A model generated the notes under the pieces. That model saw only the letters and a program-made list of their open reading frames with translations. It was not told the DNA's origin and made no database searches. Positions 25,186 to 35,554 of a stretch of DNA of 64,000 nucleotides are shown here, piece by piece (position 1 is the stretch's first letter; each line of letters opens with the position of its first letter). The stretch is taken from assembly GCA_021798415.1 (NCBI GenBank), contig JAJZGO010000002.1:159-64158 (forward strand). Direction: 5' to 3'. The translations under genes and the position numbers were made by a program. The DNA comes from Thermoplasmata archaeon. Its GTDB lineage: Archaea > Thermoplasmatota > Thermoplasmata > Lutacidiplasmatales > UBA184.

Positions 25186-25638
25186 ATGACGGTCGAGTTT
25201 GCCTTCAAGAAGAGCCCGGCCTACCGAGTCGCTTACATCACCTGGAAGGGACCGTGGAGCGACCGGCGGATCCAGCAGAAATTCGATACGCTCCTGGCGT
25301 GGACCCGCGACCGCCACCTCCGGACCGGCAAGTGGATCTTCCGCGAGCCGGCCGAGCGGACGTGGGAGGTGGCGATCGAGGTCCGAGGGACGGCCGTGCC
25401 GACCGCGCCGATTCGGCTCAAGACGATCCCGGCGACCTCGGTGGCCAGCGTCGTCTTTGATCCCGACGTGGTCTCCTCCGAGGTCGTGTACCACGCGCTC
25501 GTCGACTGGCTGCGCTGGCGACGCCGCGACGGCAAGGTCCGGTCGGTCGGCGGCTACCGTGAGGTCTACGACGGGGACCCCTGGCGCGACCCGAAGGTGT
25601 ACGCCCGGACGGATGTCCAGTTCGCGGTCCGTCGCTAG
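25186..25638 (+). CDS. GyrI-like small-molecule-binding domain protein
   Basis: MTVEFAFKKSPAYRVAYITWKGPW...IRLKTIPATSVASVVF...YREVYDGDPW is typical of the GyrI/AraC effector-binding fold. Start ATG 25186. Confidence 0.6.
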   Translation: MTVEFAFKKSPAYRVAYITWKGPWSDRRIQQKFDTLLAWTRDRHLRTGKWIFREPAERTWEVAIEVRGTAVPTAPIRLKTIPATSVASVVFDPDVVSSEVVYHALVDWLRWRRRDGKVRSVGGYREVYDGDPWRDPKVYARTDVQFAVRR

Positions 25639-25659
25639 GTCCGCGAGCCGCGGCGGGAC

Positions 25660-26526
25660 TCAGTCGGTGGGCCCCGCGCGGGAGTGCTCGTCGCGCCGGC
25701 CCGAGCCGCCGGCCGCGCCGTGACCGTACTTGGCCGCCACGACCTCGGCGAGGATCGACAGCGCGATCTCGCTCGGTGTTCGGGCCCCGATGTCGACCCC
25801 GACGGGCGCCCGGAGCGACGCAACGAACTCCTCGCCCACGCCGCGGGCGCGCAGCTGCTCCCGGTCCTTCTCCGCGCGATGGCGACTCGCGAGAAGCCCG
25901 ACGAACCGCAGCGGAGTCCCCGACAGAGCCGAGAGGACCGCCACGTCCCGCTCGCCCTTCGTGAGCACGACGACCGAGTCGCGGTCACCGAGCGCGAGGG
26001 CGACGGGGTCGGGAACGCCGGTGGTGAGGAGCCGGTCCGGGGCCGTCGACAACCGGGGCGCGGGGTCGACGACCACGACCTCGAATTCGAGGTCCCGGCC
26101 GAAGCGCACGAGAGACTCCTCGACGTCGTCCCGCCCGCCCTGACCGACGAGGACGAGTCGCTCCGAGGGCATCATCGGCTCGACGTGGACCTCGAGCGTT
26201 CCGCCGCAGTCGGTCTCGACGTAGATCTCGTCCGGTCCCGGGTCCGTCGTCATGCCCGCGAGGGAACCCTTCGCGTCCACGAGGTGGACCCGGACGAGGC
26301 GGCTCTCGCCGGTCCGCATCGCCTCCTCGGCGACCGCGACGATCGGGCCCTCGGGACATCCCCCGCCGAACGTCCCTCCGGCGATCGTCCCGTCGTGGGC
26401 GATCAGGAGCTTGAACCCGCGGCGGGCGAGCGTAGACCCTTCGGTCCGGACCACCGTCGCCATCGCGAACGGGCGCCGCCGGGCCGCGAGCTCGTGCACG
26501 CGCTCGGAGAACTCGTGGGAGCGCAC
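25660..26526 (-). CDS. xdhC: XdhC/CoxI-family molybdenum-cofactor insertion chaperone
   Basis: N-terminal XdhC domain FAMATVVRTEGSTLARRGFKLLIAHDGTIAGGTFGGGC and Rossmann-like LVLVGQGGRDDVEESLVRFGRDLEFEVVVVD. Confidence 0.8.
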   Translation of the reverse strand: MRSHEFSERVHELAARRRPFAMATVVRTEGSTLARRGFKLLIAHDGTIAGGTFGGGCPEGPIVAVAEEAMRTGESRLVRVHLVDAKGSLAGMTTDPGPDEIYVETDCGGTLEVHVEPMMPSERLVLVGQGGRDDVEESLVRFGRDLEFEVVVVDPAPRLSTAPDRLLTTGVPDPVALALGDRDSVVVLTKGERDVAVLSALSGTPLRFVGLLASRHRAEKDREQLRARGVGEEFVASLRAPVGVDIGARTPSEIALSILAEVVAAKYGHGAAGGSGRRDEHSRAGPTD

Positions 26527-26653
26527 GCCCGACCGACCCGACGAACGCGTATCTACTTGTCGTGGGGGTGCTCGGGGCGGCCCCTCACGGCGGCCGACCG
26601 AGAGTAGATATTCCGGTGCACGGTGCCTCGGGCCAAGAGAGGAGCTGCGGCCG

Positions 26654-27382
26654 ATGCCCCCCGCCCAACCGCGATGGTCCGTCGCCGAGGAGCGCGGCGT
26701 CTACCGCATCGCCCTCGGCGCGTGGCTCGGGCTCTTCGCCGGGGCGATCACGATCGTCCTTCCCTCGACCGCGATCTTCCTGAGCGTCTACGCCCCGGGG
26801 AGCCTCTTCTCGCTCGGAACGGCTCTCTTCCAGATCGTCGGCCTGCTCGTCCTCGGGGGGGCCGTCCTGTACCTGCTCTCCCTCTTCCTCTACCGCCGAG
26901 GCTTTGCCGCCTTGCGTCGGGTCGAGGGGGAGTTCGCGCTCGCGACGGTCCTCTGCCTCGTCGGCTCCGTCGGGTTCCTCCTCCTTCTCGTAACCGCGAC
27001 GGTCCTGGCGGGCTCGTCAGCCGCGGTCGCGGGCTGCATCCATGGTCAGCCCACCCGGTCGCTCTCCTGCCTCGAGACGAACCAGCCGCTCGGGGCGTAT
27101 ACCGCCGTCCTCGGGTTCGTCTTCGGGTGGGTCGGCGGGATCGGGATCGTCGTGGGGCTCGCGTTCGCGGGGAACCGCTTTGACGAGCCGGCCCTGCGGC
27201 TCGGCGCGTTCTTCTACCTCGGTCTTCTCGTTCTCCTGATCGCCCCGACGCTCGCCCTGATGGCGCCGTTCGACGGCGTCCAGTTCCTCCTTCTGATCGT
27301 GCCGATCCTCGCGGTCGCCGCCCCGGCGCTCGTCCTCGCGGGGACGATCCCGAAGTTGGGGAGGGTCGCGAGCGCCGCATGA
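26654..27382 (+). CDS. Polytopic membrane protein, unknown function
   Basis: ATG 26654; six or more hydrophobic helices. Its stop overlaps the msrA ATG as ATGA. Confidence 0.5.
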   Translation: MPPAQPRWSVAEERGVYRIALGAWLGLFAGAITIVLPSTAIFLSVYAPGSLFSLGTALFQIVGLLVLGGAVLYLLSLFLYRRGFAALRRVEGEFALATVLCLVGSVGFLLLLVTATVLAGSSAAVAGCIHGQPTRSLSCLETNQPLGAYTAVLGFVFGWVGGIGIVVGLAFAGNRFDEPALRLGAFFYLGLLVLLIAPTLALMAPFDGVQFLLLIVPILAVAAPALVLAGTIPKLGRVASAA

Positions 27383-27942
27383 CGACCGCGGCGGCTCCCG
27401 CACCCGAACGGTCGACGATCACGCTCGCCGGAGGCTGCTTCTGGTGCACGGAGGCGGTCTTCTCCGAACTGAAGGGCGTGCACGAGGTCGTGCCCGGCTA
27501 CACAGGCGGCACCGTGCCCCACCCGACGTACGAGGAGGTCTGCACGGGCCGCACCGGCCACGCCGAGGCGGTCGAGGTCACGTTCGACCCGCGCGAGATC
27601 CGGCTCCACGACCTGCTCGGGATCTTCTTCACGACCCACGACCCGACGACCCCGAACCGGCAGGGGAACGATGTCGGCTCACAATACCGGTCGGCGGTCT
27701 TCTACCGCGACACCGCCCAGAAGGAGGCGACGGAGGCGGTGGTGCGCGAGCTGGTCGGCCAGGGCCTGTGGCGGAGGAAGGTCGTCACCGAGATCGTCCC
27801 GTTCACGGTGTTCTTCCCGGCCGAAGCGTACCATCGCGACTACTTCCGACGCAACCCGGAGAAGGGGTACTGCCAGCTCATCATCGCCCCGAAGGTCGCG
27901 AAGCTCCGCGCACAGTACACGGACCGTCTGCGCGCCCGTTGA
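27379..27942 (+). CDS. msrA: Peptide methionine sulfoxide reductase A
   Basis: ITLAGGCFWCTEAVFSELKGV...GHAEAVEVTFDP...FFTTHDPTTPNRQGNDVGSQYRSAVFY is the canonical MsrA active site and fold. Confidence 0.9.
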   Translation: MTTAAAPAPERSTITLAGGCFWCTEAVFSELKGVHEVVPGYTGGTVPHPTYEEVCTGRTGHAEAVEVTFDPREIRLHDLLGIFFTTHDPTTPNRQGNDVGSQYRSAVFYRDTAQKEATEAVVRELVGQGLWRRKVVTEIVPFTVFFPAEAYHRDYFRRNPEKGYCQLIIAPKVAKLRAQYTDRLRAR

Positions 27943-27962
27943 CGGGGCCGGCCCGACCGCCG

Positions 27963-28538
27963 CTAGAGCGCGAGGAAGACGAAGTACGCGGCGAACGCGA
28001 GCATGATCACGCCCGAGGCGAGCGCGACCCATCGTCCGGCGCTCGGCGCCTTCCGGGTCCCCCGGTGGACCACCCAGGGGAACGCGACGATCCAGGTCGC
28101 GATCGCGCCAAATAGCCCGAGGAAGAGCGGCGCACCGCCGAGGTAGGCGAACGCGAGGCCCGACGTGAGCCACCAGAGGATCTGGAACGGGTTCGACAGC
28201 CCCATCGCGAGCGCCGCCGTGTACGTTCGGACCGGAGGCACCTCGCGCGTCGGCTCCTCGGCCCGCCGCGCGAGGAGGCGAACGCCGAAAGCGGCCGTCA
28301 CGACCGCGCCGATGACGTAGATCGCCCGCACGAACTCTCGGAGGCCAAAAGCGCTCCCGACGGCGTAGACGACCGCCCCGAGGACCGCGTCGGCGCTCAT
28401 CGCGCCGAGACCCGTGACCGCCCCTCGACGCCACGCGCGCACCGACTCGGACGCGATGAGGGCGTTCATCGGTCCCGGCGGTCCGGCCAAGGAGAGCCCG
28501 AGGACGAACCCGAACGCCACTTCGTAGGGTCCGCTCAC
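27963..28538 (-). CDS. LysE/RhtB-family amino-acid exporter
   Basis: GTG 28538 gives VSGPYEVAFGFVLGLSLAGPPGPMNALIASE..., a LysE-type N-terminus, with six TM segments. Confidence 0.7.
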   Translation of the reverse strand: MSGPYEVAFGFVLGLSLAGPPGPMNALIASESVRAWRRGAVTGLGAMSADAVLGAVVYAVGSAFGLREFVRAIYVIGAVVTAAFGVRLLARRAEEPTREVPPVRTYTAALAMGLSNPFQILWWLTSGLAFAYLGGAPLFLGLFGAIATWIVAFPWVVHRGTRKAPSAGRWVALASGVIMLAFAAYFVFLAL

Positions 28539-28554
28539 CGTCGCCGCACCGGGG

Positions 28555-29709
28555 TCACGAGAACGCGGCCGGGACGACCCGGACGCGCGCGGGGCCGTGC
28601 GACCGGGGAAAGTCCGCGGGGCCCACGAGGAGGTCGACGTGGGGGAGCGCGGCCTTGAGCGCGGCCGTCTCGGGACGGAACCCCGGGTCGGCGGCATACG
28701 GGCTCAGCCAGACGAGACGCCGCGCGCGCGCCTTGAGCCGCTCGAGCTCGCGGGCGAGGTCAAGCGAGGCGTCGAGGTCCCAGCCGTCGCTGAGGACGAG
28801 GACGGTCGTGGTCGCCCGCACGGTCGCCCCCCAGTGCCGTCGGAACTCCCCCAGGCACCGCGCGATCCGCGTGCCGCCCCCTGCGGCGGCGAGTCGGTCG
28901 GCGAGGCCCGGGATCGAGCGCTCGTACGAGAGACCCCGGAACATGGACGTGACCTCCTCGATCTCGTTGCCGAAGGCGTAGACGCGGGTCCGGAGCACCG
29001 AGCGGGCGAGCGAATGGACGAGCGCGCAGAGGGTTCCCGTGTGCTCGCGCATCGACCCGCTGACGTCCCAGAGCACGACCAGGTCGGCGCGGCGGGGCGC
29101 GCGGGACCTCCGACCGAGCCGAACCCACTCTCCGGCCGTGCGGGCCGCCGAGCGGGCTGTCCGCCTTAGGTCGATCGCGCCGTCCGGCGACGACTGCCAA
29201 CGTCGTCCGGGGAGCGTCGCGACCGACCGACGGAACCGTCGGGCCCCGGCGCGCGCGCGTCTCAGCTCGGGCGCCGGCACCGGGGCGAGCGCGTGCCCCG
29301 TGCCGGGGGCGTCGGGACTGTACCGGCCCTCGACGCGCGTCCGCCCCTCGGACTCGCTCGGCGAGGTTCCCGGGGGAACGCCACCGATCCGGCGACGCGG
29401 AACTCGGTCGCGCGGCCTCGGGCCCGCGTCCGATGGCGGCGGCACCGGCGGGGGGCCGTGCGCCGTCCAGTAGGCGTCGAACACCCGGTCGATCCGCTCG
29501 AGGTCGCCGGGCGACTTCGCGAGGGTCGCCCGGCACCCCTCAAGGACCGAGGCACGGTCGAGGATCGGCAGGGTGCGGAGCGCCCGGCCGAGGTCGACGC
29601 CGGCAGCGACCCCGACCGCAACCCCCTCGGCGCGCAGGCGGTCGAGGAACCCCTGGAGCCGGCCGAAGAAGCGGGAGCCCACCACGGACCCGCCGGGGGG
29701 CTCGTTCAT
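28555..29709 (-). CDS. coxE: VWA-domain CoxE-family protein
   Basis: ATG 29709. C-terminal VWA domain DLVVLWDVSGSMREHTGT...TTVLVLSDGWD. The ATGA overlap with coxD is typical of coxD-coxE operons. Confidence 0.8.
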   Translation of the reverse strand: MNEPPGGSVVGSRFFGRLQGFLDRLRAEGVAVGVAAGVDLGRALRTLPILDRASVLEGCRATLAKSPGDLERIDRVFDAYWTAHGPPPVPPPSDAGPRPRDRVPRRRIGGVPPGTSPSESEGRTRVEGRYSPDAPGTGHALAPVPAPELRRARAGARRFRRSVATLPGRRWQSSPDGAIDLRRTARSAARTAGEWVRLGRRSRAPRRADLVVLWDVSGSMREHTGTLCALVHSLARSVLRTRVYAFGNEIEEVTSMFRGLSYERSIPGLADRLAAAGGGTRIARCLGEFRRHWGATVRATTTVLVLSDGWDLDASLDLARELERLKARARRLVWLSPYAADPGFRPETAALKAALPHVDLLVGPADFPRSHGPARVRVVPAAFS

Positions 29710-30611
29710 GGGAGCGCGAGGAGCTCGGCGACCCGCCCGGCCCGGTAGCCTTCGAGGTCCCGCGCGTCCTTGAGCAAGAGGCCGAGGGTCTCGGCCACGG
29801 TCGGCGCGCGCAGCGATCGTTCGCCCAGGGCCAGAAGGGCCGCCGCCCAGTCGAGGGTCTCGGCGACGCCCGGCCGCTTGGCGAGGCCGTCCTCCGCTCG
29901 CAGACGCTGGACGAAACGGGTGATCTCGCCGGCGAGCGCCGCCGGGAGTTCGGGGAGACGTTGGCGGAGGATCTCGACCTCCTTCTCGGGGGTCGGGTAG
30001 CCGATGTAGGCGTACAGGCACCGACGCTTGATCGCATCGCCGAGCTCGCGCGTCCGGTTCGAGGTGAGGATCACGAGCGGGACGCGTTTCGCCCGGATCG
30101 TGCCGAGCTCGGGGACCGTCACCTGGAACTCCGAGAGGACCTCGAGAAGGAGGCCCTCGAACTCCTCGTCGGCGCGGTCGAGCTCGTCGATGAGGAGGAC
30201 GGGGCGGGCGGGGCCGGCGCCGTCGAGCGCGCGGAGGAGCGGGCGGCGGAGCAGGAACCGCTCGCTGTAGATCTCCGTCTCGACCTCGGCGGTCGTGCGG
30301 TCCCGTTCGTGGAGCCGGATCGCGAGCAGCTGGCGCGGGTAGTCCCACTCGTAGAGCGAGGCGGACGCGTCGAGGCCCTCGTAGCACTGGAGACGGATCA
30401 GCTCCGCGCCGGAGGCCGCCGCGAGGGCCTTCGCGATCTCGGTCTTGCCGCACCCCGGCTCTCCTTCGATCAGCAGCGGCTTTTCGAGCCGGACCGCGAG
30501 GTAAACCGCGGTCGCGAGACCGCGGTCGATCACGTACCGTTCGCGCGAGAGGGCTTCGAGAACCGCGTCGACCGAACGCGCGAAGTCGGGCCGATCGGTC
30601 GGTACCGTCAT
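29706..30611 (-). CDS. coxD: MoxR-type AAA+ ATPase CoxD
   Basis: Walker A LLIEGEPGCGKTEIAKALA and Walker B PVLLIDELDRADEEFEG, MoxR family. 4-nt overlaps with moaA upstream and coxE downstream. Confidence 0.85.
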   Translation of the reverse strand: MTVPTDRPDFARSVDAVLEALSRERYVIDRGLATAVYLAVRLEKPLLIEGEPGCGKTEIAKALAAASGAELIRLQCYEGLDASASLYEWDYPRQLLAIRLHERDRTTAEVETEIYSERFLLRRPLLRALDGAGPARPVLLIDELDRADEEFEGLLLEVLSEFQVTVPELGTIRAKRVPLVILTSNRTRELGDAIKRRCLYAYIGYPTPEKEVEILRQRLPELPAALAGEITRFVQRLRAEDGLAKRPGVAETLDWAAALLALGERSLRAPTVAETLGLLLKDARDLEGYRAGRVAELLALP

Positions 30612-31582
30612 GCCGAGATCCGCGTCGTCGCGCCCGGGGTCGGCTCCGGCGCCGGGGTGCGCGGCGGGAAGTCGGTCACGTACCCACCGTAGTACGGGAC
30701 GCGCGTCGCGACGACCTGACGGAACGCCGAGCGCAGGCCATCGTCGTCGAGCCCCCGCGTCGCGACGAGGTCGTCGTTGCGGTTCAGGCAACCTTTGAGC
30801 TCGCCCCGGTGGGTCACGCGGATCCGGTGGCAATGGGAGCAGAACTCGGGGTTGAAGACCGGGTCGACGACCTCGACTTCCGCTTCCCGGAAGACGTAGA
30901 TGCGCCGATGGTGCATCTCCCGGACGAGGACCCGGGTCGCGTGCTCCTCGAGCCAGCGCTTCACCGACTGGATGTCGACCATCCACTCGGGATGGGTGAC
31001 GAGCTCGGGCATGAACTGGATCAACTGGAGCTTGAGCCCGTCGGTCTCGCCGACGTATTCGACCATCCGGGGGATGTTCGCGAGGGTCGGGCGAAAGACG
31101 ACCATGTTGAGCTTCACCGGCTTCAGGCCGACCCGCAGCGACTCCCGGATCCCGCGGAGGACCGGCGCGAGCGAGCCCTTGCGGATCGAGCGGAACTGCT
31201 CGGGGTCGATCGAGTCGACCGAGACGTTCACGCGCTTGAGACCCGCATCCCGTAGCCCCTCGGCCCGTCCCTCGAGCATCGAGCCGTTGGTCGTGAGCGA
31301 CACGTCGGGGATCTCGCGCACGGTCCGGCCGACGATCTCCTCGAGGTCGAGACGAACGAGCGGTTCGCCACCGGTGAACTTCACCGACCGAATGCCGAAC
31401 TCGCGCGCGACGCGGACCAGCCGCTCGATCTCGAGGGCGGTCATCTCCTCGCCGTGGGGCGTTCGGGGGCGGTCGACGGGGCCGAGACCCTCGTCGTGGC
31501 AGTAGACGCAACCGAAGTTGCAGCGCTTGGTGACGCTGATGCGGATGTCGGTGACCTCGCGGCCGTACGCGTCCGACAGCAT
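30608..31582 (-). CDS. moaA: GTP 3',8-cyclase MoaA (molybdenum cofactor biosynthesis), archaeal type
   Basis: Radical-SAM CNFGCVYCH and the C-terminal second cluster CSHCHRIRVTHRGELKGC. TATA-like CGCTTAAAGGG about 27 bp upstream of the ATG. Confidence 0.9.
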   Translation of the reverse strand: MLSDAYGREVTDIRISVTKRCNFGCVYCHDEGLGPVDRPRTPHGEEMTALEIERLVRVAREFGIRSVKFTGGEPLVRLDLEEIVGRTVREIPDVSLTTNGSMLEGRAEGLRDAGLKRVNVSVDSIDPEQFRSIRKGSLAPVLRGIRESLRVGLKPVKLNMVVFRPTLANIPRMVEYVGETDGLKLQLIQFMPELVTHPEWMVDIQSVKRWLEEHATRVLVREMHHRRIYVFREAEVEVVDPVFNPEFCSHCHRIRVTHRGELKGCLNRNDDLVATRGLDDDGLRSAFRQVVATRVPYYGGYVTDFPPRTPAPEPTPGATTRISA

Positions 31583-31732
31583 CCTCCCGACCTATCAGCG
31601 GCCCCCTTTAAGCGGTTTTACCGGCCCATATCGGGCCCCGGGGGGCCCGGGACCCTCCCCCCGTGAGTCGGTTTCGCAAGGACTATAGCGCACGAGCCGT
31701 TGGGACTCCGGGGCGAAGCCCCGGGTGGTCGG

Positions 31733-32608
31733 ATGATCCCGCCGCAGTTCGAGTACTATGCCCCGAGTTCCGTGGACGAGGCCGTGGCCCTCCTTCGCCG
31801 GTTCGACGGCGAGGCGAAGGTGCTCGCCGGAGGGCATAGCCTGATCCCGCTCATGAAGCTCCGATTGGCGGAGCCGAAGGCGCTCGTCGACATCAACCGG
31901 ATCCCGAACCTGGCGTACCTCCGGGAGGAGGACGGCTACCTCCGGATCGGTGCGACCACGCGGACCGGGGATCTGCTCGACTCGGCGCTCCTGAGGAAGT
32001 CGTACCCGATCCTTACGGACGCAGCCCAGGAGATCGCGGACCCGCTCGTCCGCAACCTCGGCACCGTCGGTGGGAACGTCTGCCACGGAGACCCCGGCAA
32101 CGACCTCCCGGCCTGCATCCTCGCGCTCGGCGCGGTGCTCGCCGTGACGGGGCCGACCGGCCCGCGCGAGATCCCGGCCGCCGAGTTCTACCGCGACACC
32201 TTCGTCACGGCGCTCGAACCGACCGAGATCCTCACCGAGGTCCGGATCCCGAAGGCGCGGTCCCACCAAGGCAACGCCTACCAGAAGATCGAAAAGCGGG
32301 TCGGCGATTTCGCGATCGCCGGTGCGGCGGCGAACCTGGTCGTCGACGGCGCGGGCCGTATCGAGACCGCCGGTCTCGCCCTCACCGGCGTCGGCCCCAC
32401 GGTCGTCCCGGCGACGGCGGCCGCGGCCGCGCTCGTCGGGGAGGTCCTGAGCGAGACCCACCTCGCGAACGCGGCGCGGCTCGCGGAGGCGGCGACGGAT
32501 CCCTCCGGGGACCTCCGCGGGCCGGTTGCGTACAAGCGCGCGATGGCCGGCGTCCTCGTGCGTCGGGCGCTCGAACGGGCGCTCGCCCGCGCGAAGGGAG
32601 GCAGCTAG
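31733..32608 (+). CDS. coxM: CO dehydrogenase medium subunit (FAD-binding), CoxM
   Basis: FAD-binding PCMH-type domain AKVLAGGHSLIPLMKLRLAEP...GATTRTGDL...GTVGGNVCHGDPGNDL. Confidence 0.85.
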   Translation: MIPPQFEYYAPSSVDEAVALLRRFDGEAKVLAGGHSLIPLMKLRLAEPKALVDINRIPNLAYLREEDGYLRIGATTRTGDLLDSALLRKSYPILTDAAQEIADPLVRNLGTVGGNVCHGDPGNDLPACILALGAVLAVTGPTGPREIPAAEFYRDTFVTALEPTEILTEVRIPKARSHQGNAYQKIEKRVGDFAIAGAAANLVVDGAGRIETAGLALTGVGPTVVPATAAAAALVGEVLSETHLANAARLAEAATDPSGDLRGPVAYKRAMAGVLVRRALERALARAKGGS

Positions 32609-33163
32609 ATGGCGACGAGCGCTCGACCCGTCGCCCCGGCGGCTTCCCTTACCTCGGCCGGCGGCCCGACCTCTCGGATCCAGGTCACCGTCAACGGTCG
32701 GTCGGTCGTCGCCGAGGTCGAGCCGCGGACCCTCCTGGTCCACTTCCTGCGCGAGGTCCTCGGGCTCACCGGGACCCACATCGGCTGCGACACCTCCCAC
32801 TGCGGGGCGTGCACCGTCCACCTCGACGGCAAGCCGGTGAAGTCGTGCACCGTCCTGGCGGTCCAGGTGAGCGGACGCGAGGTCCGTACCGTCGAGGGCC
32901 TCGAGGTCGACGGGAAGCTTTCTCCGGTCCAGGAGGCGTTTGTCGAGGCGCACGGGCTCCAGTGCGGGTTCTGCACGCCCGGCATGATGATGACCGCGAC
33001 CGCGCTCCTCGCGCGAAACCCGAACCCGACGGACGCCGAGACCCGGGACGCGATCCGGGGCAATCTCTGCCGGTGCACGGGCTACGTGAACATCGTGAAG
33101 GCGATCCAGCTCGCGGGCAAGAAGATGCAATCCGCGAGCTCGGCGCCGGGAGGCAAGCCGTGA
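32609..33163 (+). CDS. coxS: CO dehydrogenase small subunit ([2Fe-2S]), CoxS
   Basis: [11 protein letters not shown] (plant-type [2Fe-2S]) and [10 protein letters not shown]...CRCTGY (second cluster). Confidence 0.9.
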   Translation: MATSARPVAPAASLTSAGGPTSRIQVTVNGRSVVAEVEPRTLLVHFLREVLGLTGTHIGCDTSHCGACTVHLDGKPVKSCTVLAVQVSGREVRTVEGLEVDGKLSPVQEAFVEAHGLQCGFCTPGMMMTATALLARNPNPTDAETRDAIRGNLCRCTGYVNIVKAIQLAGKKMQSASSAPGGKP

Positions 33164-35517
33164 GCGCGCAGGTTCCCAGCGTGAAGGGCGGGATCGGCCA
33201 GTCGATCCTCCGCAAGGAGGACGGGCGGTTCGTTCGGGGCAAGGGGAGCTACATTGACGACTTCAAGCTCCCCGGGATGCTCTACCTCGATATCGCCCGC
33301 AGCCCGTACGCGCACGCCAAGATCACGGCGATCCGCACCGACAAGGCGCTCAAGGTCCCCGGCGTCCTCGCGGTGATCACGGGCAAGGACCTCGAGGCCG
33401 CCGGCCTCGCGTGGATGCCGACCCTCATGTCCGATAAGCAGATGGTGCTGCCCACGGACACCGTCATGTACCAAGCCCAAGAGGTCGTCGGGGTCGTCGC
33501 CGACAGCCGCTACGCCGCCGCCGACGGGGCCGCCGCGGTCGAGGTCGACTACGAGCCGCTCCCGGTCGTGACGGACCCGTTCAAGGCGATCGCGCCGGGC
33601 GCGCCGGTGATCCGGACCGACCGCAAGGAAGCGTCGAACCACATCTGGCATTGGGAGACCGGCGACCGGGCGGGTACCGACCGGGCGTTCGCCGCCGCGC
33701 CCGTGAGCGTGGCCCAGGACCTGTACATCCCGCGGATCCACGTCTCGTCGATGGAGACGTGCGGGTGCATCGCACAGATGGACCCCGTCTCGGGCCGGTT
33801 CACCATCTGGATGACGACTCAGGCGCCGCACGCGATCCGCACGGTCTTCGCGCTCGTGACGGGTCTCCCCGAGCAGAACATCCGCGTCATCTCCCCCGAC
33901 ATCGGGGGCGGGTTCGGCGGGAAGGTGCCGGTCTATCCGGGCTACGTCCTCGCGTCGGTCGCATCGATCAAGACCGGCCGACCGGTGAAATGGATCGAGG
34001 ACCGGTCGGAGAACCTCCAGGCCGACTCGTTCGCCCGGGACTACCACATCCACGCGGAGGTGGCGGCCGAGCGCGACGGAACGGTGACGGCGCTGCGCGT
34101 CAAGACGCTCGCCGACCACGGCTACACGGACGCGGCGGCGAACCCGTCGAAGTTCCCCGCGGGCCTCTTTCACATCATCACGGGCTCCTATCCGTTCGCG
34201 CAGGCGTTCGTCGAGGTCGACGCCGCGTACACGAACAAGCCGCCGGGCGGGATCGCCTACCGTTGCTCGTTCCGCGTCACCGAGGCGGTCTACACGATCG
34301 AACGGATGATGGACATCCTCGCGCACCGCCTGCGGGTCGACCCGGCCGAGCTGAGGCTGAAGAACTTCATCCCGCCCGAGGCGTTCCCCTACCGCTCCGC
34401 TCTCGGCTGGACCTACGACAGCGGAAACTACGGTGCCGCGCTCGCGAAAGCGATGGAGATCATCGACTACGCGGGCCTCCGGCGCGAGCAGGCGGAGAAG
34501 CGCCGCAAGGGCGAGCTGATGGGGATCGGCATCTCGAGCTTCACCGAGATCGTCGGCGCGGGGCCGAGCGCCACGTTCGACATCCTCGGCATCAAGATGT
34601 TCGACTCGGCCGAGGTCCGCATCCACCCGACCGGGAAGGTGCTCGCCCGCTTCGGGACGAAGTCTCAGGGCCAGGGCCACGAGACGACGTACGCGCAGAT
34701 TCTCGCCGAGGAGCTCGGGATCCCGGCCGACGACATCCGGGTCGAGGAAGGCGACACCGACACCGCCCCGTACGGGCTCGGCACCTACGCGAGCCGCAGC
34801 ACCCCCACCGCGGGGGCGGCCGCCGCCATCGCGGCGCGGAAGATCCGGGAGAAGGGCCGTCGGATCGCGGCGCACCTCCTCGAGGTCAGCCCCGACGACG
34901 TCGAGTGGAAGGACTTCGCGTTCCGCGTCAAGGGCGTCCCGACGAAGTCGAAGACGATGCAGGAGGTCGCCTTCGCCGCGTACACGAACCACCCCCCCGG
35001 CGTCGAAGCGGGGCTCGAGGCCGTCGACTACTACGACCCGCCGAACATGACCTATCCGTTCGGGAGCTACATCTGTGTGGTCGACATCGACAAGGAGACG
35101 GGCCAGGTGAAGGTCCGCCGGTTCGTCGCGGTCGACGACTGCGGTACGATCATCAACCCCATGATCGTCGACGGGCAGATCCACGGGGGCCTCACGATGG
35201 GGTTCGCTCCGGCGCTGCTCGAGGAGATCCAGTACGACGAGAACGGGAACATCCACGGCGGCTCGTTCATGGACTATCTCGTGCCGACCGCGGTCGAGAC
35301 GCCGAACTGGGAGACCGCGAAGACCGTGACACCGAGCCCCCACCACCCGCTCGGCGCGAAGGGCGTCGGGGAGTCGGCGACGGTCGGCGCCCCGCCGGCG
35401 ATCGTCAACGCGGTCGTCGACGCGCTCCAGCCGTACGGTGTCGAGCACATCGACATCCCGATCCATCCGTGGAAGGTCTGGCAGATCCTCCACGCGAAGG
35501 GTGCCCCGACGCCGTAG
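33160..35517 (+). CDS. coxL: Form-I aerobic CO dehydrogenase large subunit (Mo-MCD binding), CoxL
   Basis: A GTG at 33160 overlaps the coxS stop (GTGA). The molybdopterin-binding aldehyde-oxidase fold is present. The active-site loop [13 protein letters not shown] carries the AYXCSFR signature specific for form I, the true CO dehydrogenase. Confidence 0.9.
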   Translation: MSAQVPSVKGGIGQSILRKEDGRFVRGKGSYIDDFKLPGMLYLDIARSPYAHAKITAIRTDKALKVPGVLAVITGKDLEAAGLAWMPTLMSDKQMVLPTDTVMYQAQEVVGVVADSRYAAADGAAAVEVDYEPLPVVTDPFKAIAPGAPVIRTDRKEASNHIWHWETGDRAGTDRAFAAAPVSVAQDLYIPRIHVSSMETCGCIAQMDPVSGRFTIWMTTQAPHAIRTVFALVTGLPEQNIRVISPDIGGGFGGKVPVYPGYVLASVASIKTGRPVKWIEDRSENLQADSFARDYHIHAEVAAERDGTVTALRVKTLADHGYTDAAANPSKFPAGLFHIITGSYPFAQAFVEVDAAYTNKPPGGIAYRCSFRVTEAVYTIERMMDILAHRLRVDPAELRLKNFIPPEAFPYRSALGWTYDSGNYGAALAKAMEIIDYAGLRREQAEKRRKGELMGIGISSFTEIVGAGPSATFDILGIKMFDSAEVRIHPTGKVLARFGTKSQGQGHETTYAQILAEELGIPADDIRVEEGDTDTAPYGLGTYASRSTPTAGAAAAIAARKIREKGRRIAAHLLEVSPDDVEWKDFAFRVKGVPTKSKTMQEVAFAAYTNHPPGVEAGLEAVDYYDPPNMTYPFGSYICVVDIDKETGQVKVRRFVAVDDCGTIINPMIVDGQIHGGLTMGFAPALLEEIQYDENGNIHGGSFMDYLVPTAVETPNWETAKTVTPSPHHPLGAKGVGESATVGAPPAIVNAVVDALQPYGVEHIDIPIHPWKVWQILHAKGAPTP

Positions 35518-35554
35518 CGACTTCCCCCGTGGCCCGGTGCGGACGGACCGCCGG

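Noticed and set aside
33082-35493. 803-aa minus-strand ORF, and the 635-aa plus-strand ORF 33651-35558
   Set aside because: Both are alternative frames of coxL, which has unambiguous form-I CODH large-subunit motifs in its own frame.
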